From NCBI RefSeq assembly GCF_044704955.1, contig NC_091980.1, positions 131,316,001-131,380,000 on the forward strand: a stretch of 64,000 nucleotides of DNA, in the 5' to 3' direction. A program made the position numbers and the translations under genes. The notes below the pieces were generated by a model. The model was not told where the DNA came from. It saw only the letters and a program-made list of their open reading frames with translations, and searched no databases. How positions within the stretch are numbered: the stretch's first letter is position 1; each line of letters begins with the position of its first letter. Shown one piece after another: positions 10,959-22,900 of the stretch. This DNA is from Pristiophorus japonicus (taxonomy: Eukaryota).

Positions 10959-13519
10959 ATGGCTGCTCAAGTGTGTCAGAACTACCACCAGGACTGTGAG
11001 GGTGCTGTCAACAAGCAGATCAACATGGAGCTCTATTCCTCCTATGTTTATCTCTCTATGGTAAGTTTTGTATATTTGACCACTTCACAATGGAGACTAT
11101 GTAATGAGAATTGACAATTCTATGCTGTATTCCTCACCCCGCCCCCCCCCCCCCCCACCCACTAAACTATGCCCAGCTGGGTTCTTTTTTGCTATAATGT
11201 AATGCAATTCATTTTCATATATATTCCTTAATCCACTTATCTCTGTTTCTTGCAGTAGCTAAACTATATTGAGTATCTTGAATCGTGGCGACTCAATTTT
11301 CTGGGCTCTTGTGAGCTGTGATTTCTGAATGTGTCCTCCATTCTAAATCACTCCATAGACTTTCATGGGCTAAGGCTGAGATTTTTGTTGGATAAGGGTA
11401 AATGGAATTAAACTACAGATGAGCTATAATGAAATTGAATGTGGAGCAGGATTGAGGGGCTGAATGGCCTACTCATTTTTCCTAGTATTTTTCTCCTGTA
11501 ATTTTAAGGACCAGTTTGTACCCTTCTGTCTTTTCTCAAACTCTTTTGCTTTATTGGTTTTAAAGTCTTAAGCAATCGTGTCACTACTCAGTGGAACTCA
11601 ACACCTCTGTCACAGGGGAGGAAGGCAATCATGAAGTGCCTCAAATTCTGAGGGGATCTGATAACTTCTGTTCCTTGGTATCTGGTTTTCGTCTGAAATG
11701 CCTTGTCTAGTGTTGAAGGTGCCAAATTAATGTTGCTTGTGCTAGATTTGTTTCCTTGGGATGAATGTAGCCAGTAAAACTGGGCATGTTTTTCTCCTTT
11801 TTGTACTGTGAATTATGCACTGTGACCACATCTACTCCTACTTTAAGGGGTCTGCTTAGAGTTTTATAGTTCCCCTGAACTAGCCTGCAGAAAATATATC
11901 TGGGTTAATAAACAATGATTGTGATTCTGGTGATAAAAGGTTCCTTCACTAATTTCCAGAGCTACAATGAATATTGGGTGCCAAAATGAAGGTTCCAGTT
12001 TTGAGCATGTTCAATCAAAGCTGAATTGGTGATTATGGAATGATACAGCACAGGAGACCATTCAATCCACTGTGTCTCGCTAAATGTTGGGTGGAGCGAT
12101 ACAACTCGTCCATTCCCTGCGTGTTCCCATAGCCCTGTCCAGTATTTATCCAATTTCCTTTTGAATGTTGCCATTTAATCTGCTTCTACCACCGTTTCGT
12201 GCCCTGCATGCATCTATTTAAAAAAAAAAATAGTAGGAATTCCACTGGTTCTTTTGCAAATCACCTAAGTTTCCAGATTGTTTGTTGTAAAATTATCCAC
12301 TGTCTGTACCAGGTTCATTATTAGATAGTTTCCATTACAAGGCCCAGGATAATGGGTCTGCCATGCAATATCCAACTACTCCTCTTCTGATCTCTCCACA
12401 GTCCTTCTACTTTGACCGGGATGATGTTGCCCTGCGTCACTTTGCGGCGTTCTTCAAGAAGCAGTCCCATGAGGAACGTGAGCATGCTGAGAAACTGATG
12501 GAATTCCAGAATCGGCGTGGAGGACGGATCATCTTGGCGGACATCAAGGTTGGATTTAATAAACTTGAGGTCTTCTATCTCAGTCCCCTTGAACTGATTG
12601 GAACCAAACAATATGCAGCATAAACAAGCCATTTGTTAAGCTGGTCTTTGCCGGTGTTTATACTCCAACGAGCCTCCTCCCACCTTGCTTCATCTTAACC
12701 CCTCAGTGTATTGTTCTATTCCTTTCTCCCCATGCACTTGCCTAGCTTCCCCCTTTAAATGTTCCCTTTAAATTCCTTCTCAATATAACTCCAGTAGTTA
12801 TGATGGTCTAGGCCATCACATTGGTTCACGGTAATGTAGACTTTTGATTGCACCCCTAATTTTGTTCTATACTTTTTGCATGTTTTCTTAATTCAGTGTA
12901 AGTGAACTGTTAAAATGTTCTTTCTTTCTAGAAACCAGAGCAGGATGAGTGGAGCAATGGTCTGGAGGCAATGCAGAGAGCTCTGCAGATGGAGAAGAAT
13001 GTGAACCAGAGTCTGCTGGATCTGCACAAACACTCCACTGGGAGGACAGACCCTCATGTAAGTTTTTTTTTAATGATGTGGGCTTAAGTTGAAAAATTGT
13101 TGTCCTTGAGCCTAATTAAAAGATCTCCATGCATAATAGCTTTTTTTGGAGGGAGGTGCAGGGGAAAGTTGGCCTACTGTGGACAGTGACTCATTAAATG
13201 TATCCCAGTGATCTGAGCACCTATTGTGCAGTAAGTTTAATCTAATGAGGCAGTAATTCCATCAATCTTAATTGCACCACTTGAATATCCTCCAGTCAAG
13301 AGGATTAAAATCTCAACTCCAGGGGATGCTCTGATGATGGTCATAACTTGTTTCCTCCTTCAGTTGTGTGACTTCCTGGAGACTCATTACTTGGATGAAC
13401 AAGTGAAGATGATCAAGAAGTTTGGAGATCACATCACCAACCTGAAGAGACTGGGAGCCCCTGAGAATGGCCTGGGAGCTTACCTGTTTGACAAGCACTC
13501 CCTGGGGGAGAGTGACTAA
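10959..13519 (+). CDS. FTH1-like: Ferritin H/M-type subunit, copy 1, 4 exons, intact 176-aa ORF
   Basis: Exons 10959-11060, 12402-12548, 12932-13057 and 13364-13519, all GT-AG and phase 0, as in vertebrate ferritins. Protein [130 protein letters not shown]. Ferroxidase ligands equivalent to human H E27, Y34, E61, E62, H65, E107 and Q141 are present. Confidence 0.95.
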
Positions 13520-13663
13520 ACTGAATGATGGTTCAAGCTTATTGTGTTTAGTACTTGTATGTATATAAATTGGGATCCCTGTCCTGTAGGGAATGATGGC
13601 TTCTGACTTTGTACAAAGAGCTGTGAGACCTGGGCTCCTGACGTGAATTGTAACATAACAGTA

Positions 13664-13669
13664 AATAAA
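13664..13669 (+). terminator. Polyadenylation signal, copy 1
   Basis: AATAAA about 145 nt after the stop, followed by a GT/T-rich tract. Same position in all copies. Confidence 0.7.
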
Positions 13670-14576
13670 CTATTCAACATTGGACTAGGTTTTGTCTCCT
13701 TGTATGTTTGAGTAATTGCTTATGTTTCAATTTACATAATTCGGTTTGCATCAAAGAATTGAATAAGGATTTAGTATGAAACTTCATACATTAATGAGCC
13801 ACGAGTCGGCCTTGGCTTGTGTGCTGTTTGACAGCTTGGTATTTCCAACAATGTCTTTGGCTTTCAGTCAAACTTTACAGGTGCCCATGTTTTCAGAATT
13901 GCACAGAAAAATACCATTTGGCCCAACTGGTCCATGCTGGTGTTTGTTCTGGCCCTATTAGCATATCTTTCTATTCCTTTTGAGCTTTCCCCTTTAAATT
14001 CATTTGTGTTTTGTATTCAGTTATTACAGTGGGTAGCTCAGTAAACTAAATGTACCACTGCTGCTATAGACTTTCTGTTAAAATATGTGGGCAAAGAACA
14101 AGTAATTGCAGTAATGTCAGCACTTATTGCCTATCTCCAATTGCCCTTGGTGTGTCATCTGGTGCAACTGAATGGCTTGCTAGGCCATTTCATCAGGCAG
14201 TTAAGAATCCACTACCAGGCTATGGGTCTGGAGTCACATATAGGCCTGCTGGGGTAAATTGGCAGATTTCCTTAAAGATTACTGAGCTGGGTTTCATGAT
14301 CACCAGTATAGATACTAGTACTTATTTTTAGATGTATTTTAATTAACACAATTTAAATTGTGCAGCTGCCGGCATAGGTTTTTGTCTCTTGCATCATTAG
14401 TTCAGATGTAGCAAAATATAAGCCTTCTCGGAGTAAATGTTTAAAGAAAAACACCAACATTAAATACTTATCCTGCAACTCTTCCACCTGCCCCTACCCC
14501 TCCCCTGCTAGGCCTGTTCCATCAACTTATGGAGGAGCTGTTAGTATTGGTTTTATGTCATTTATTCAACCAGCAT

Positions 14577-14789
14577 TGTAACCTCTATAATCTGACCTAA
14601 GTTGTACAGAGAACAATGACCACTAGGTGGTGAACTTGTGGGATTCGCACCTAACCTGGACCTTCAGATATAAAAGGGGAAGATCTACCCACTTTCATTT
14701 GAGTGCTAAGGAATAAAGGACAGGTCACAGACTGACCTTTTCTCGCATGGGCCTCGTGTGCATTTATGCTGTATAGTAAGGATGTATCA
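14577..14789 (+). mobile_element. Solo LTR of a second Gypsy family
   Basis: TG..CA ends with internal TATAAAA and AATAAA. Matches the LTR at 41373-41574. Confidence 0.8.
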
Positions 14790-15009
14790 CTCCATATTTA
14801 TATTTAGTCCTGTTGTCCATTTTGTACCACACAGCAATCATCCTTTCAAAATCCTCCTGGGTTTTCATTTGTCCCCTTCTCGTGCATGAATGGATTCAAA
14901 TGTTGAAGTTGGAGCTGCAATAATCCAGTGTTTACAAGTTAATTAAGGACTTTGCTGATAACTGCATTGGCTGCAATTATATTGCAATCGTTAGTCTAAC
15001 AATGTTAAT

Positions 15010-15610
15010 TTTTTTTAATTCTGGGATGTGGACATCACTGGCAAGGCAAGCATTTATTGCCCATGAGAATGTGGTAAGTCACCACCTTACAGGCCTGTGG
15101 TGAAGGTACACCTACAGTGCTTATATGGCAGGAGTTCCATGATGTTGACCCAATGGCGATATATTTACAAGTCAGAATGGTGTGTAACTTGGAGGGGAAC
15201 TTGTAGATGGTGGTGTTCCCATGTGGCTGCTGCCTGTGTCCTTCTAGTTGGTAGAGCTTGTGGGTTAGTAGGTGCTGCCGAAGAAGCTGTGGCAAGTTGC
15301 TGCAGTGCATCTTGTCGATGGTACACACTGCAGCCATGGTGCACCGGTGGTGGAGACAGTGAATGTTGAAGGTGATGGATGGGGTGCCAATCAAGCGGCT
15401 TCTTTGTCCGGGATGGGGTCGAGCTTCTGCAGAATTGTTGGAGCTGCACTCATCCAGGCAAGTGGAGAGTATTCCATCGCACTCCTGACTTGTGCCTTGT
15501 AGATGGTGGAACGGCTTTGGGTTATCAGGTGAGACACTCAATGCAGAATACCCAGCCTCTGACCAGTCTTGTTCCCAGAGTATTTATGTGGCTGGTCCAG
15601 TTAAACTTCT
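15010..15610 (-). mobile_element. CR1-type (HER1-like) LINE 3' fragment
   Basis: ORF2 C-terminus remnants (LHHRCTMAAVCTI..KMHCSN) and the same 3' tail as the HE1-like SINE. Confidence 0.7.
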
Positions 15611-15624
15611 AGTCTTGTACGCTA

Positions 15625-15988
15625 CTGATCTTTGGGCATCCTGTGCAGAGGGGAATGGGTAGATCGGAAGGCCTCCTTATCAGACTGCTCCTGGGCATTG
15701 CCAAGGTGGCCATTAATTGGTCCAGTCAGCGAGCGGTTGAGGGGCTTGTTTAGCCCGACCGCCTGCCTCTCTTCCGCGGTTACGTTCAAGCCAGGCTTTC
15801 CCTGGAGATGGAGCATGCGATGTCTACCAGTACATTCGTGGCCTTCCATGAAAGGTGGGCACTGGATGGACTGGAGTGTATCACCCCCGCCAACGACATT
15901 TTAATTCGATTGGTTTAATTTGTTAATTTGTCGGTTCTAGTGCCCCTTTTTATAAGGGGGCACTTTAATTCAAGTTTTACAAAAATAG
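15625..15988 (+). mobile_element. Tx1 3' fragment with decayed TSD
   Basis: LIFGHPV motif; 3'UTR hairpin AGTGCCCCTTT-TTAT-AAGGGGGCACT at 15939-15964. Confidence 0.75.
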
Positions 15989-16029
15989 TTGTAGAGCTGT
16001 TGACATGTCATGGCGCACCATCTTGCTGT

Positions 16030-16535
16030 CTTCAGGAGGCGGGGATCCCTAATGGAGAGGTCTCTACGTGGGAGTCCTCCCTTTATTAATTGGGATCTTA
16101 GCCGGAGGGTGGTGCACAGGGCAATCCTGTGCAATAAGTTTTTATGTTGGTTCACAGACTCCCTGGCCACCTACAATTTCTGCGGTCCAGTGTGTGAGGT
16201 TGCAGCCCCTCTTCCATTATTTGACGGGGCTGCTCCTTGATTTTTGGCTGCACTTCAGTCCCACGCTCCTGATCTTTGGCCATCCTGTGCGGAGGGAAGC
16301 GAGTAGGTTGGAAGGCCTCCTCTGGGAACTGCTCCTGGGCCTGGCCATGGTGGCTATTAACCGGTCCAGGCAGTGGGCGGTCGACGGTGTCGTTCAGCCT
16401 CTCTTCTGCGGCTACTATCGTGCCAGTGTGTCCCTGGAGATGGAGCACACGGTGTCCACCGGAACGGTCGCAGCCTTCCATGAGAGGTGGGCTCCAGAGG
16501 GACTGGAGTGCACCATCACCCCAGGGAACAGAATT
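16030..16535 (+). mobile_element. Tx1 ORF2 C-terminal fragment
   Basis: RLQPLFHYL..FWLHFSPTLLIFGHPVRR..RWAPEGLEC. Confidence 0.75.
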
Positions 16536-16859
16536 TATACGAGGTATGTCTAATCTCCTAATGTCCCATGGTTCACTGAGTGTTAGTATTCTAGAATATG
16601 GTGTCACAATAGGTCAATATCTTGCACTATTCTGTAATATTTCTAGAGTGCGGTCAGCTGCACACCAATCCTTGTTATATCCATTCAATAAAAGTATTAC
16701 AACACAAATCGGGTACTTATTTTTATATAAACTTCCCTGCCACAAACTCTGTTCCCCAGCCACGGACTCCATCCCTCTTCCTGGCCACTATCTGAGGCTG
16801 AACCAGACTGTTCACAACCACGCCATTCTATTTGACCCTGAGCTGAGGTTTCAACCTTA

Positions 16860-17930
16860 TACCCTCTCTGTGGTGGACATGGCCCTTGATGGTGTCCGTT
16901 CCATTTCCCGCAGCTCTAATCTCACCCCTTCCCCTCCCTCCCAGAACCATAATACTGATCCCCTTATACTCACCTTTCACCCCACCAGCCATCACATTCA
17001 ATGGATAATCGTCTGCCATTTCTGCCACCTCCCATCACCAAACACATCTTCCCTTCCCCTCCCCTCCCTAAGGGACCTCTCCCTCCATGACACCCTGGTC
17101 CACTCCTCAATCACCTTCAACACTCCCTCCTTTTCCTATGGCACATTCCTGTGAAGGACATGCAACGCCTGCCCTTTTACCTCCTCCCATCCCACTGTTC
17201 AAATCCCCAAACACTCCTTCCAGGTAAAACAGTGATTTACCTATACTTTTACAATTGAGTATACTCCATTCGCAGCTCAGGATGTGATCTCCTCTACACT
17301 GGGAAGAGCAAATGCAGATTGGGTGACCGCTTTGCGAAATTCCTCTGTTCAGTCGACAATTGTGACCCAGATTTTCCGATCGTCTGTTAAATTAATTCTC
17401 CACTCCACTCTCACTCTGACCTCTCTGTCCTCGGCCTCTTACACTGTTCTAGTGAAGCTCAACATAACTTCCTCAGCTTTCTATTAGGCACATTACAACC
17501 TTCTGGACTCAACATCGAGTTCAACAATTTCAGATCATAACCTCTGTCCCTATTTTTTTCATATGGCATCTGTTGATTCTACTGCACCCATTTACACCTC
17601 TTCTAGACACGTCTTTTGTTCCTTTACTTGTCCCATTGCCATCTCCATTTGCTTTGTTCTTTCATACCTTTTGTCATTTAATCACTCCGGCCTTTCACCC
17701 TATCACAGACCTTCCCTTTTGTTCTTTTCTCCCCTCCCCCAACCTTTCCCTCTTTCTGCACTTGCTTAAAATCTGTTATATCTCGAACTTTTTTCAGTTC
17801 TGACGAAAGATCATCGACCAGAAGCGTTAACTCTGTTTCTCTCTCCACAGATGCTGCCTGACCTGTTGAGTATTTCCAGCATTTTCTGTTTTTATTTCAG
17901 ATTTCCAGCACCTGCAGTATTTTGCTTTTG
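16860..17930 (+). mobile_element. Penelope-like element, 3' part
   Basis: PLILTFHP motif, decayed GIY-YIG remnant (near 17295-17340), and the typical terminal CTCTCCACAGATGCTGCCTGACCTG..TTTCCAGCA repeats. Confidence 0.75.
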
Positions 17931-18784
17931 TTCCTTTTCTTCTTTTAAGTAACTGAGCACATTTTCAGCACATTTTCAGATCAATGTCGTGTGACCTTGC
18001 ATTAAACAAGAACTACTTCTGCTGAGAAATTAGTTGTAATCTTGATCAAACCTGATTTGCTTGGGCATGTGGCTGTTTTAATCTCTTCCCCTCCAGAATA
18101 CTGCCTTTGGTTCAGTGGTGGCCTAAGATGGTCACAGCTACAATTCTAATCTTAGCCTTGAACTGGTTTTAAAGTGGGGTGAACTGGAGAAAGAGATTTC
18201 AGTGTAATCTGGTCACAGTAAGACCTCACCCCTCATGTTTGAACCACTTTGCCAAGGGTGTGCTGTTACAGTACAGAGTCTGTACCTTCTGAATATACAA
18301 CCCAAGAATTACTGCTGATAGGCTTTCTATTTTGGGAACACTAGGAAAGTGATCGCTGAAGCAGGTATCGATCCAAAGCAACAGGAACGCTGGATGAGGC
18401 CTCACTAAGTTTACGTATCGTGTGGAAAGGAAGAATTGGTAACACAGTTAGCTATCTTAATGTAAACTGCTAATCTATATACTACCAGCCTCTGTGAACT
18501 AGGCCAATGGTCATGGAGAATGATTTAACAATGTGCAGTTTTCTCTTTGAGTCATATTCATCTAAAGGTAATTGTTGACTATAATGGACCAAAATAGTTA
18601 ATTTGCAATTAATGGATATGAGACTTTCCCATCAGTTCTGAATTAAATAAACTGTTGTTTCAATTCAAATACCGGTGGTTACCAGGACATAATACGTGCA
18701 AAATGACTTCAGTCTCATTTCAGCCTTTTAATTGTCCTGACTCAAAGAGGGAAAGAGGAGATTCAGCCTTTTTCAAGCTATATG

Positions 18785-19030
18785 TTAGGGGTACAATAGT
18801 GCAGTGGTTGTTTTACTGGACTAGTAATCCAGAGGCCTGGACCAATAATACACGGAATGTGAGTTCAAATTCCACCATCATTTGGTTTAAAATTTAAAAC
18901 AAACTGATATCAGTAACCATAGACTTTTTGGATTGTTGTAAAAATCCAACTGGCTCACTAATTTCCTTTTCGGGAAGGAAACCTGCCGTCCTTACATGTG
19001 ACTCTATTTGCACAGTAATGTGGTTGATGC
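18785..19030 (+). mobile_element. tRNA-derived SINE (HE1-like)
   Basis: A/B-box-like GTGGTT..ACTGGACTAGTAATCCAGAGG..GAGTTCAAATTCC. Paralog at about 44230-44460. Confidence 0.55.
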
Positions 19031-19032
19031 TT

Positions 19033-19693
19033 ACATAAGAACATAAGAAATAGGAACAGGAGTAGACCATACGGCCCCATGAGCCTGCTCCGCCATTCAA
19101 TAAGATCATGGCTGTTCTGATCATGGACTCAGCTCCACTTCCCTTCCCGCTCCCCATAACCCCTTATCCCCTGATCGTTTAAGAAACTGTTTATTTCTGT
19201 CTTAAATTTATTCAATGTCTCAGCTTCCACAGCTCTGTGAGGCACCGGATTCCACAGATCTACAATCCTCAGAGAAGAAATTTCTCCTCATCTCAGTTTT
19301 AAATGGGCGGACCCTTATTATAAGATCATGTCATTCTAGTCTCCCCCATCAGTGGAAACATCCCCTCTGCATCCACCTTGTCAAGCTCCCTCATAATCAT
19401 ATATGTTTCGATAAGATCACCTCTCATTATTCTGAATTCCAATGAGTAGAAGCCCCACCTTCTCAACCATTCCTCATATGTCAACCCCCTCATTTCCGGA
19501 ATCAACTTAGTGAACCTTCTCTGAACAGCCTCCAAAGCAAGTATATGCTTTCGTAAATATGGAAAACAAAACTGCACGCTGAATTCCAGGTGTGGCCTCA
19601 CCAATACCCTGTATAGCTGTCGTAAGACTTCCCTGCTTTTCTACTCCATCCCCTTTTCAATAAAGGCCAAGATTCTATTGTCCTTCCTGATCA
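19033..19693 (-). mobile_element. CR1 LINE 3' fragment
   Basis: VRPHLE..VQRRFTKLIP..RGDLIETY motifs and (TTCTTATG)n tail. Confidence 0.85.
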
Positions 19694-19902
19694 TGTGGGC
19701 ACCAGAGGGACTGGAGTGCAGCATGGATACAGGGAACTAAATTATAATTTGAAAAGTGCTTGTTAGTTTTGTCATATTTGGAACTTATTGTTTATTCATC
19801 CCTATAAGGGGGGCACATGGTTTAATTTTTTCCCAATTGATTAGTCTAAAGAATAGAGGATTCCTTTCAACCTGTGATTCGGGATATTTCAACTGTGTTT
19901 GA

Positions 19903-22900
19903 GAGAGTGCAGCAACATAGAGTGGCATTTGTGAGTTTGATAAGTGGGTGAGTTCAGGCAAGCATGGGTGGCAGGTTCTGTTTTGTCTTGTTTTTCCTAC
20001 CAGTGCTGACACTAGAGCAGCTGATAATGAGTGCGAGAGTAGGAGATGAAGGTCCAGAGACCAGTCCAACCAGCTGCAGACAAAGATAGAGGGGTGAGAA
20101 ATCGAGAGTTGACGTCAGAGTGCGGGGAGGAGGAGCAGCGTCAGCGGCAGTCCGGGGTGAGCGGCCTACAAAGGCCCAGTGGCAGTCGGTGAGCAAGCAG
20201 TGCGGGAAGGAGGGACAAGAAATCAAAAAGTGACGACACAGCCAAGCTGGTAAGTGGTTGGCTGATCGGCTGGTGAGTGTATCTCTTTGATTTTGTTTTC
20301 TAATAGATAAGAGGATAAATTACTAAATAGCTGTTTAGTGTGTGTAGTGGGAGTCAGTGTTTTTGCTGGGTAATTTAAGGGTAACTAGTGGGATGGCAGG
20401 GCAGCTTGTTCAAAAGGAATGCAACATTTGTGCCATGTGGGAATTCCTAGATGCTTCCCGCAACGGGGATGACCACATGTGCAGGAAGTGTCTCCAGCTC
20501 CTCCAACTCGAGCGCCGAGTCTCGGAGCTTGAGCGAGGACTGGAAGCACTGAGGAACATCCGAGAGAACAAGAGGTACATGGATAGCTCCTTTCAGGCAT
20601 TGGTTACCCCACAGATTAAAAGGGTACAGGAGGATAGGGAATGGGTGACCGTAGCACACAAGAGTATGGCGAGGCAGGTAGTGCAGGAGTCGCCTGAGGC
20701 TATCCCGCTCTCCAACCGGCACTCTATTCTGACTACTGGCGAGGGCAGTGATGCCTCTGGGGAATGCAGCCAGGGCCAAGTCCACAGCACCATGGGTGGC
20801 TCAGCTGCACAGCGGGGGAGGAAGAAGACGGGAAGGACTATAGTGATAGGAGATTCAATAGTTAGGGGAGCAGATAGGCGCTTCTGCGGCAGCAAAAATG
20901 ACATCAGGATGGTCTGTTGCCTCCCTGGTGCAAGGGTCAATGATGTCACTGAGCGACGGCAGAGCATTCTGGGGAGGGAAGGGGAACAGCCAGTGGTTGT
21001 GGTCCACATTGGTACCAATGACATAGGTAGAAAGAGGGGTGAGGTCCTGAAAGCTGAGTTTTGGGAGCTAGGAGTAAGATTGAAAGCCAGGACCTCAAAG
21101 GTGGTAATCTCGGGATTACTGCCAGTGACACGTACTAGTGAGGGTAGAAATAGGAAGGCTAGTCAGATAAATACGTGGCTGGGGCATTGGTGTAGGAGGG
21201 AGGGCTTTAGTTTCCTGAACAATTGGAACCACTTCTGGGGTAGGTGGGACCTGTATAAGTCGGACAGGTTACACCTCAACAGAGACGGGACCAATGTTGT
21301 CACGGGTGGTTTTGATAGTACGATTGGGAGGGCTTTAAACTAGCTTGGCAGAGGGATGGGAACCCAGGAGAGGGTTCTGAGCACCCAGGAGAGGGTTCTG
21401 AGCGAGTTAGTGTGGGTGAGAGCTCAGATGAACAGAACCCCAAGAAAGGATGCAAAAGCAAGGAGGCAACAGAGCAGAGTAGCACTGGGGTAAGTGTAAA
21501 CCACAAGGTGATAGGAAGGGACAATATGTTTGAATATAAAGGGGCTGCAGGAGGGGTCAAAACTAAAAATCATGATTTAAAAACTAGTATTAAAACACTT
21601 TACCTAAGCGCATGTAGCATTTGAAACAAAGTAAATGAGTTGACGGCACAAATGATTACAAATGGGTCTGATTTGGTGGCCATTACAGAAACATGGTTGC
21701 AGGGTGGCCAAAACTGGGAATTAAACATAAAGGGGTATCTGACAATTCGGAAAGATAGACAAGAAGGGAAAGGAGGTGGGGTAGCTCTGTTAATAAAGGA
21801 TGATATCAGGGCAGTTGTGAGAGACGATATTGGCTCAAATGAACAAAATGTTGAATCATTGTGGGTGGAGATTAGAGATAGTAAGGGGAAAAAGTCACTG
21901 GTGGGCGTAGTTTATAGGCCCCCAAATAATAACTTCACGGTGGGGCGGACAATAATCAAGGGAATAATGGAGGCATGTGAAAAGGGAATCATGGGGGATT
22001 TTAACCTACATATCGATTGGTCAAATCAAATCGCACGGGGTAGCCTTGAGGAGGAATTCATAGAATGCATACGGGATTGTTTCTTAGAACAGTATTTTAC
22101 AGAACCTACAAGGGAGCAAGCTATCTTAGATCTGGGGACTACAGTGGGATGAGGGCAGAGTTGGCTAAAGTAGACTGGGAACATAGACTAAACGGTGGCA
22201 CAATTGAGGAACAGTGGAGGACTTTTAAGGAGCTCTTTCATAGTGCTCAACAAAAATATATTCAAGTGATAAAGAAGGGATAACCAGCCGTAGATAACCA
22301 AGGAAATAAAGGAGAGTATCAAATTAAAAACCAATACGTATAAAGTGGCCAAAGATAGTGGGAAACTAGAAGATTGGGAACATTTTAAACGACAGCAAAG
22401 AATGACTAAGAAAGCAATAAAGAAAGGAAAGATAGATTACGAAAGTAAACTTGCGCAAAACATAAAAACAGATAGTAAAAGCTTTTACCGATATATAAAA
22501 CGGAAAAGAGTGACTAAAGTAAATGTTGGTCCCTGAGAAGATGAGAAGGGGGATTTAATAATGGGAAATGTGGAAATGGCTGATACCTCAAACAATTATT
22601 TTGCTTCGGTCTTCACAGTGGAAGACATAAAAACCATGCCAAAAATTGCTGGTCACGGGAATGTGGGAAGGGAGGACCTTGAGACAATCACTATCACTAG
22701 GTGGGTAGTGCTGGATAGGCTAATGGATCTCAAGATAGACAAGTCCCCTGATCCTGATGAAATGTATCCCAGGATATTAAAAGAGATGGCGGAAGTTATA
22801 GCAGTTGCATTCGTTATAATCTACCAAAATTCTCTGGACTCTGGGGAGGTACCATTGGATTGGAAAGCAGCTAATGCAACGCCTCTGTTTAAAAAAGGGG

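Larger units (their letters stand above)
1876..19902 (+). repeat. Segmental duplicate A (paralog B ~28105-47309)
   Basis: Colinear CR1, SINE, Tx1, Gypsy, ferritin, LTR, unique sequence, CR1 and Tx1, with shared insertion points. Confidence 0.9.

Noticed and set aside
16276-17154. 292-aa ORF as a novel gene
   Set aside because: Non-ATG start, and it runs off-frame through Tx1, flank, L2-like and Penelope fragments.
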